64,000 nt of DNA from Oligoflexia bacterium (GTDB lineage Bacteria > Bdellovibrionota > UBA1018), in assembly GCA_963758495.1 (NCBI GenBank), contig CAVWVI010000003.1:512001-576000 (forward strand). The letters are read 5' to 3'. Numbering within the stretch: the first letter of the stretch is position 1; the number at the start of each line of letters is the position of its first letter. The translations under genes were made by a program, and so were the position numbers. The notes under the pieces were generated by a model. It did no database searches. It was not told the DNA's origin and worked only from the letters and a program-made list of their open reading frames with translations. Positions 58,793-64,000 of this stretch are shown here, piece by piece.

Positions 58793-60613
58793 TTATTCTT
58801 GCTCTTCTTTTCCACCCTTAAGTGCTGCTTTGAGTTTATCGCCCAAAATATCACCCATAGATGTTTTCTTAGAACGTTCTCCGACGTATTGGTCGTAATT
58901 TGCACGCTCTTCTGTTCTGCCCAGTTGCTTAATGGATAAGCCAATGCGACGTTCTTTCGGTTCAATCGAAAGAATTTCAGCACGAATCTTATCGTCTGGC
59001 TTCAGAATATCAGAAGGCTTCTCAATACGATGATCTGCAATCTCACTGACGTAGATCAGACCTTCAACGCCTTCTTCCAACTCAACAAAAGCACCGAAGT
59101 CAGTGAGTTTAGTCACTATACCGTCAACTGCTTGTCCTTGACGATAACGGGATTTAATATTCTCCCAAGGATCGCGCTCAAGTTGTTTGATACCCAAAGA
59201 GAACTTCTCAGATGGCTTATCAATGCCCAGAACAACCGCTCTGACATGATCGCCCTTCTTAAACTTCTCAGAAGGATGAGTGAACTTCTTAGTCCAAGCG
59301 ATATCACTAATATGAACGAGACCATCAATGCCCATTCCAATATCAATGAACACACCGAAATCGGTCACAGATTTTACATCGCCTTCAGCAATGGTACCCA
59401 CAGGGTATTTCAGCTCAAGAGCATCCCATGGATTCTCTTGAAGCTGTTTAAGTCCGAGGCTAATGCGCTTATTCTTAGAATCGACTTCAAGCACTTTGCA
59501 CTCGACTTCATCGCCCACATTGATGAGCTTAGAAGGATGCTTCACGCGTTCGGTCCACGACATTTCTGAAACGTGGATCAGACCTTCAATGCCATCCTCA
59601 AGCTCAACAAAGGCTCCGTAGTCTTTCAGACTGACAATCTTGCCTTTAACCTTAACTCCGACTGGGAACTTATATTCCGCATCATCCCAAGGATTAGGTG
59701 AAACTTGTTTTAAGCCTAATGAAACACGTTCTTTATCTCGATCATACTTGAGAATCTTAACTTTAATTTCATCGCTGACCGCAAACAATTCACTTGGGTG
59801 CTTAATACGCCCCCAAGACATATCGGTAATATGGAGTAATCCATCCATGCCACCGAGGTCAATGAACGCACCATATTCAGTGATATTCTTGACTGTACCG
59901 GTAACAATCGCACCTTCTTGAAGATTTGCTAATGTCTCTGCTCGTTGAAGCTCTCGCTCTTGAGCGACGACTGCACGACGAGAAAGAACGATATTGCCAC
60001 GTTTTTTATTAAACTTGATAATCTTGAACTTGAGCTTCTTACCTAGAAACTTGTCCAAATTCTTCACTGGCTTGGTATCGATCTGGCTTCCTGGTAAAAA
60101 GGCTTTTACGCCGATATCTACTGAAAGTCCACCCTTCACCTTAGCGATGACAGTACCTTCTACAAGCTGATCTTTTTCACATGCTTGAGAAATTTCATCC
60201 CAGGCGCGGATAATTTCTGCCTTGTCTTTGGAAAGCAGCATAAAGCCGTTTTCCATTTCCATACGTTCAAGATAAACGCTCACTACATCGCCCACACTGA
60301 CTTGGGCAACTCCGTGCGCATCTTTAAACTCTTGAATGGGAACTAAACCTTCACATTTGTAACCGATATCAACAGTTACATATTCAGAGCCAACAGAAAC
60401 GATGGTTCCGTCAACGACTTCCCCTTCTTTAATTTCTTGCTGTCTTTGAGAAGCTTCGAAAAGCTCTGCAAAGTTTTCTTCTTGATCATCTAAATTGATT
60501 AAGGATTCCTCAGGACCTAAATCTGATGAGAATTCGCTCATCCAATCTTGATTCTTTGGGAGAGGCTGGGACTTTTTGGAGGCCTCTACTCCACTGGTTT
60601 GCTTACCTACCAT
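58793..60613 (-). CDS. rpsA: 30S ribosomal protein S1
   Basis: Six S1 domains (AFLPGSQ, YGAFIDLGG.DGLLHITD, EGLIHVSE). Confidence 0.97.
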   Translation of the reverse strand: MVGKQTSGVEASKKSQPLPKNQDWMSEFSSDLGPEESLINLDDQEENFAELFEASQRQQEIKEGEVVDGTIVSVGSEYVTVDIGYKCEGLVPIQEFKDAHGVAQVSVGDVVSVYLERMEMENGFMLLSKDKAEIIRAWDEISQACEKDQLVEGTVIAKVKGGLSVDIGVKAFLPGSQIDTKPVKNLDKFLGKKLKFKIIKFNKKRGNIVLSRRAVVAQERELQRAETLANLQEGAIVTGTVKNITEYGAFIDLGGMDGLLHITDMSWGRIKHPSELFAVSDEIKVKILKYDRDKERVSLGLKQVSPNPWDDAEYKFPVGVKVKGKIVSLKDYGAFVELEDGIEGLIHVSEMSWTERVKHPSKLINVGDEVECKVLEVDSKNKRISLGLKQLQENPWDALELKYPVGTIAEGDVKSVTDFGVFIDIGMGIDGLVHISDIAWTKKFTHPSEKFKKGDHVRAVVLGIDKPSEKFSLGIKQLERDPWENIKSRYRQGQAVDGIVTKLTDFGAFVELEEGVEGLIYVSEIADHRIEKPSDILKPDDKIRAEILSIEPKERRIGLSIKQLGRTEERANYDQYVGERSKKTSMGDILGDKLKAALKGGKEEQE

Positions 60614-60796
60614 AAATGATAAATGGCCTTTCTTTTACACACTTGAGGGCATTCAATACCGCAAAGCAGTACAAACGAACGCTCACTCACCGGGAACCGA
60701 AATTACGGAATCTCCGTTGTGGAGATTAGGTATAGAGAGGTAAACACCCTTTGTCAAGTTAGCGTTCAGGCTACAGACGGCCTGCGCCTCGAGGCG

Positions 60797-60826
60797 CAGA
60801 TTATAGGATACCAGATTATAGGATAC
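60797..60826. repeat. 15-bp tandem duplication next to an 18-bp perfect palindrome
   Basis: CAGATTATAGGATAC x2 (60797-60826); CTGCGCCTCGAGGCGCAG (60782-60799). Confidence 0.8.
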
Positions 60827-62048
60827 GACGACGCTTGAGTGCACGTTCATACACGCCCAGTGTCTTAATAATTCTTTTTTTGCCATCATAATGAGCTTTT
60901 ACGTGTTCTCGGGCTCTCAAACCCATTTTAACCCTCTCTAAGGGGTGATCTAATAAAAACCGTATTTGCCGCTGAAGATCAAATGGATCATTAGGCCGAA
61001 CGGTAAGGCCAAACTCCTCTTGACCAACAATTTCTTCTGCGCTTCCACCTCTAGAGATAATAATTGGACATTCCATCGCCATGGCTTCTATGGCTACCAA
61101 CCCAAAGGCTTCTTGCCTGGAAGGCATCACAAAAATATCTAAAGCCTTCATGACTTCTGGAATATTTTCTTGATATCCTGCAAATAGTACATGATCGTCC
61201 AACCGAAACTGTCCTATCATTTGCTTCAGTTCTTCGAAGTAATTATACTCTGCGCCTATAGTTTCTTCTCCTACAATAACAAATTTTACCTTTTCTCCTT
61301 CATTCAGGCTTTTGAGTAAGCCGGCAGCTGCCTTGATAAAAGTGGCCTGACCTTTGGCGGGATCTATCCGACCCACTAAGCCAATGACTACTGTATTTTT
61401 ATCTACTTGCCACAAAGCTCTCTGCTGTTGTTCATTGACACGTGCAGGATCAAATAGATCAAAATCAAGTCCCAAATTGACGACTTTAATATCCCTTTCC
61501 TTTATGGAATGAGTTTCTAGGACATTTTTAAGGAGAGTTTGACTCATCACTATCAATGAGTCTAATCGACTATAAATAGCCCGATGAAAGAAATCCTTTT
61601 TACTGTGATTATTCATGATGTGCCGAGTGGCCACGAGAGCAATTCTAGGCTTTTTCCACAACCATGGAACAATTGAACCCAAAAGTGAAGTTTGGTGGGT
61701 ATGAATGAGATTAACGCCGTCATTAATAAATAAATTCAGCTCATTTCTAATTTTTAAATCAAAATAATTGCTTGGCTGATAAGAAAAGGGTGAAACTATG
61801 ATTTCGGCACGGTTAGCCAATTCCTCATGAAGAGGACTCCCTTCCAAGCAAAACACCCGAACCTTCAATCCCAGACTTGCAAGACTCAAAGAATCACTTG
61901 CAGCCACTTGCTCTAAGCCCCCCCAAGAACGAGAAAGACAAATCACAAGACAATTGAGACGGGCTTTAAGAATATCAACTAAGGGTGTTAACTGCTGTAA
62001 ATCACCGCGAAGGGCGGATGCCGGTTTTAATTGAATTCCAGACTGCAT
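60816..62048 (-). CDS. GT4 glycosyltransferase
   Basis: WGGLE, VGRIDPAKG and EAFGLVAIEAMA motifs; start uncertain. Confidence 0.9.
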   Translation of the reverse strand: MQSGIQLKPASALRGDLQQLTPLVDILKARLNCLVICLSRSWGGLEQVAASDSLSLASLGLKVRVFCLEGSPLHEELANRAEIIVSPFSYQPSNYFDLKIRNELNLFINDGVNLIHTHQTSLLGSIVPWLWKKPRIALVATRHIMNNHSKKDFFHRAIYSRLDSLIVMSQTLLKNVLETHSIKERDIKVVNLGLDFDLFDPARVNEQQQRALWQVDKNTVVIGLVGRIDPAKGQATFIKAAAGLLKSLNEGEKVKFVIVGEETIGAEYNYFEELKQMIGQFRLDDHVLFAGYQENIPEVMKALDIFVMPSRQEAFGLVAIEAMAMECPIIISRGGSAEEIVGQEEFGLTVRPNDPFDLQRQIRFLLDHPLERVKMGLRAREHVKAHYDGKKRIIKTLGVYERALKRRRIL

Positions 62049-63093
62049 CAGAACTGATTCCTTTCAAACAATCTAACTTCTTTTCTGGCGGCTGCAAACA
62101 AGTGTTACGTTCACAGGGCCAACAATCTACTGGATTAAATATCACTTGAACTTTTCCGGGCCCCAAAGGCTCGGTTCTTTTCAAATCACCTGCACCCCAC
62201 ACCACTTGAACAGGAGATCCGCAAAGGGCCGCCACATGGGCTAAGCCAGAATCATTACAAACCGAAAACTTTGCCTTTCGGAACAGCTTCCAATAAGAAC
62301 TGACTGTTCCTCTTCCCGTCCAATCAGACAACCTTAAGGAAGGATTGTCCGCAAGCCTCATCGCTAAAGAAGACTCTGCCGCCCCACCGATAATGACTCC
62401 CTCCCACTGAGTTTCTTGAGAAATCTGATAGGCTAAAGCCGTAAATTGATCTTCTGACCATCGGCGTGATTCAGCAGTGGCACCCGGAGCCAAAATCCAA
62501 AACGGTTTTTCTGGTGGATCGAACGCTTCTGCATCTGGCCAAGCTCTCTCAGCATCAAACGAGCTTAACACACCCGCAATGCCTGGATCGAGGTCATTAT
62601 CGGCAGGAATTCCCCAAAACCCTTTGATAGATCTTTGCAGCTGCTTCAGTTCGGGTAAGAGCGCCACATAGGATTCCGACCGATGCTCAGTTTCTTTACT
62701 ATTCCAAGCAACGACTTGATTGAGTAAAAATCTTCGCCCATCCTTATTATAGCCGCGTCGCACTTGCACATGAGAGCGAAATAAAAACCAAGCAGATGAA
62801 AATGAATCAGGCAGACAGATCCCCAAGTCCCAACTCCCTGCCACGCGCATCATTCGTGCTCCTTTTTCAATCGCATCCCAACGATTAAAAAAAGAGGAGT
62901 TCATCGGCCGAGGTAAAATAAAAACTTCATCGATCAGGTTTCGAAATTGAATCGCTTGCACCCACGGCACACAAGCCACAGTTATTTTAGCTGAAGGATA
63001 CGCTTCTCTTAAGTAATGAAAAAAAGGATAGGCTAAAATTTGGTCCCCAATCCAATTAGGAGATCGGATTAAAATCTTTTTTGGAACTTTCAT
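62002..63093 (-). CDS. waaF: LPS heptosyltransferase II (GT9)
   Basis: PNWIGD, LPDSFSSA, PGA and NDSGLAHVA motifs. Confidence 0.85.
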   Translation of the reverse strand: MKVPKKILIRSPNWIGDQILAYPFFHYLREAYPSAKITVACVPWVQAIQFRNLIDEVFILPRPMNSSFFNRWDAIEKGARMMRVAGSWDLGICLPDSFSSAWFLFRSHVQVRRGYNKDGRRFLLNQVVAWNSKETEHRSESYVALLPELKQLQRSIKGFWGIPADNDLDPGIAGVLSSFDAERAWPDAEAFDPPEKPFWILAPGATAESRRWSEDQFTALAYQISQETQWEGVIIGGAAESSLAMRLADNPSLRLSDWTGRGTVSSYWKLFRKAKFSVCNDSGLAHVAALCGSPVQVVWGAGDLKRTEPLGPGKVQVIFNPVDCWPCERNTCLQPPEKKLDCLKGISSDAVWNSIKTGIRPSR

Positions 63094-64000
63094 TTAAGGT
63101 GCCTCAGCGGACTTACCTAACTCCACTTGCTTCAAATTCGCAACCACAACTCCAATTTTGACTTTTGCCTCAAGTCGAAGCGGTATTCTACGATCATCAT
63201 CCGTTAACCACAGAAAACTATCACCATTTTTTCTTAACATACCCTGAAATTTTATTTCAGGTTTAATTACAATGGCCGCTACTCGCCCCAATGGTGAATC
63301 TACTTTTTCTCTACGAACCACTGTACATACCCCTTCCAAAATTTTTCCTTCAGATACAATAGGAAGTGTGATGACAGCTCCTGTGGGTAGAGGAATTGTT
63401 CTTAAATAATAGAGTGCGGAAACAGTGTCTTGTGAAAAGGGGGCTATAGGTGAATATACTTTTGTTTCAATATACCCTTGGGCTTTACGAGTCCATCGAT
63501 TCCAATAGAAAGTTTGTTTCTTCTTAGAATCATAGAGTTCAAGGGAATCCCGAGTCTGTTTCGTTTCATCTAAAACGAGGTGAAATCGGTGTGAAAAAAA
63601 TCCATTATAATCTATAAAACTCTCCAACACATCATTCAGCCTATAGAAGAGGCTGAAAATCGATGAGCTAACGGCGCTCCCTTTGATATGATAAACTTTT
63701 CGATTATCCATATATTTAAAAGGTAATACCTGCACCACCATCTCCCCGGCAGGTAATCCAAAGTATAAAATATTATAAGTGAATTGTTCATTAACCCAGA
63801 TCGGATCTTTTTTGGGCCGACGATTTGGATAAACAAAAATCTTTTCTCCAACTTTTTTTGGGCTTGAATATTTATGACTCTGAGAAAAGCGACGTAGGTG
63901 CCCATGTCTTTTCTTTTTATGAGATATTTTAATTAAAATAGGATCGACTGCACTGTCAGGAGTACGGGAGCCAGCTTCTTTAATATCAAATCTTTCTTTG
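63094..64000 (-). CDS. DUF3108 domain protein (5' end beyond window)
   Basis: Frame is open from the window end (…NEQFTYNILYFGLPAGEM…); QD..SALYYLR and WLTDD.RRIP motifs. Confidence 0.8.
   Translation of the reverse strand, partial: KERFDIKEAGSRTPDSAVDPILIKISHKKKRHGHLRRFSQSHKYSSPKKVGEKIFVYPNRRPKKDPIWVNEQFTYNILYFGLPAGEMVVQVLPFKYMDNRKVYHIKGSAVSSSIFSLFYRLNDVLESFIDYNGFFSHRFHLVLDETKQTRDSLELYDSKKKQTFYWNRWTRKAQGYIETKVYSPIAPFSQDTVSALYYLRTIPLPTGAVITLPIVSEGKILEGVCTVVRREKVDSPLGRVAAIVIKPEIKFQGMLRKNGDSFLWLTDDDRRIPLRLEAKVKIGVVVANLKQVELGKSAEAP

Noticed and set aside
59030..59921. Antisense or alternate-frame ORFs over rpsA (and similar ones over act, cbs and cas genes)
   Set aside because: Shadow ORFs of well-supported genes, with no motifs of their own.

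Overview
Bacterial chromosomal window. The gene content suggests Bdellovibrionota/Oligoflexia or a related deltaproteobacterium-like lineage (inference). Left to right: an alternative complex III operon (actA-F, minus strand), a DUF692/MNIO RiPP cluster, a HEPN-MNT toxin-antitoxin pair, reverse-transsulfuration genes, an ethylene-receptor-like histidine kinase with its regulator, signalling genes, a secreted ankyrin-RING-FGE/C-type-lectin protein, a Ser/Thr kinase and a cell-wall cluster (mpl, serine hydrolase, L,D-transpeptidase). Next come two tandem secreted proteins made of near-identical 38-aa (OPR-like) repeats with a C-terminal RAP domain; homologous repeats differ almost only at positions 2 and 5. 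An ~18-kb island (34356-52380) follows, bounded by an 11-bp direct repeat that overlaps the ssb stop codon. It carries a three-tyrosine-recombinase plus coiled-coil module (GInt/ginABCD-like), a lysozyme-like/DUF4431 gene pair, an internal second element end with a 96-bp relic of the second recombinase gene, and a complete type I-C CRISPR-Cas system (29 repeats, 28 spacers) whose array ends in an inverted degenerate repeat at the island boundary. Housekeeping genes follow (ssb, rsmB-like, sppA, rpsA, LPS glycosyltransferases). Top candidates for undescribed systems are the composite GInt-CRISPR island and the TALE-like OPR-RAP paralogs. All calls come from reading the sequence; no database searches were run.
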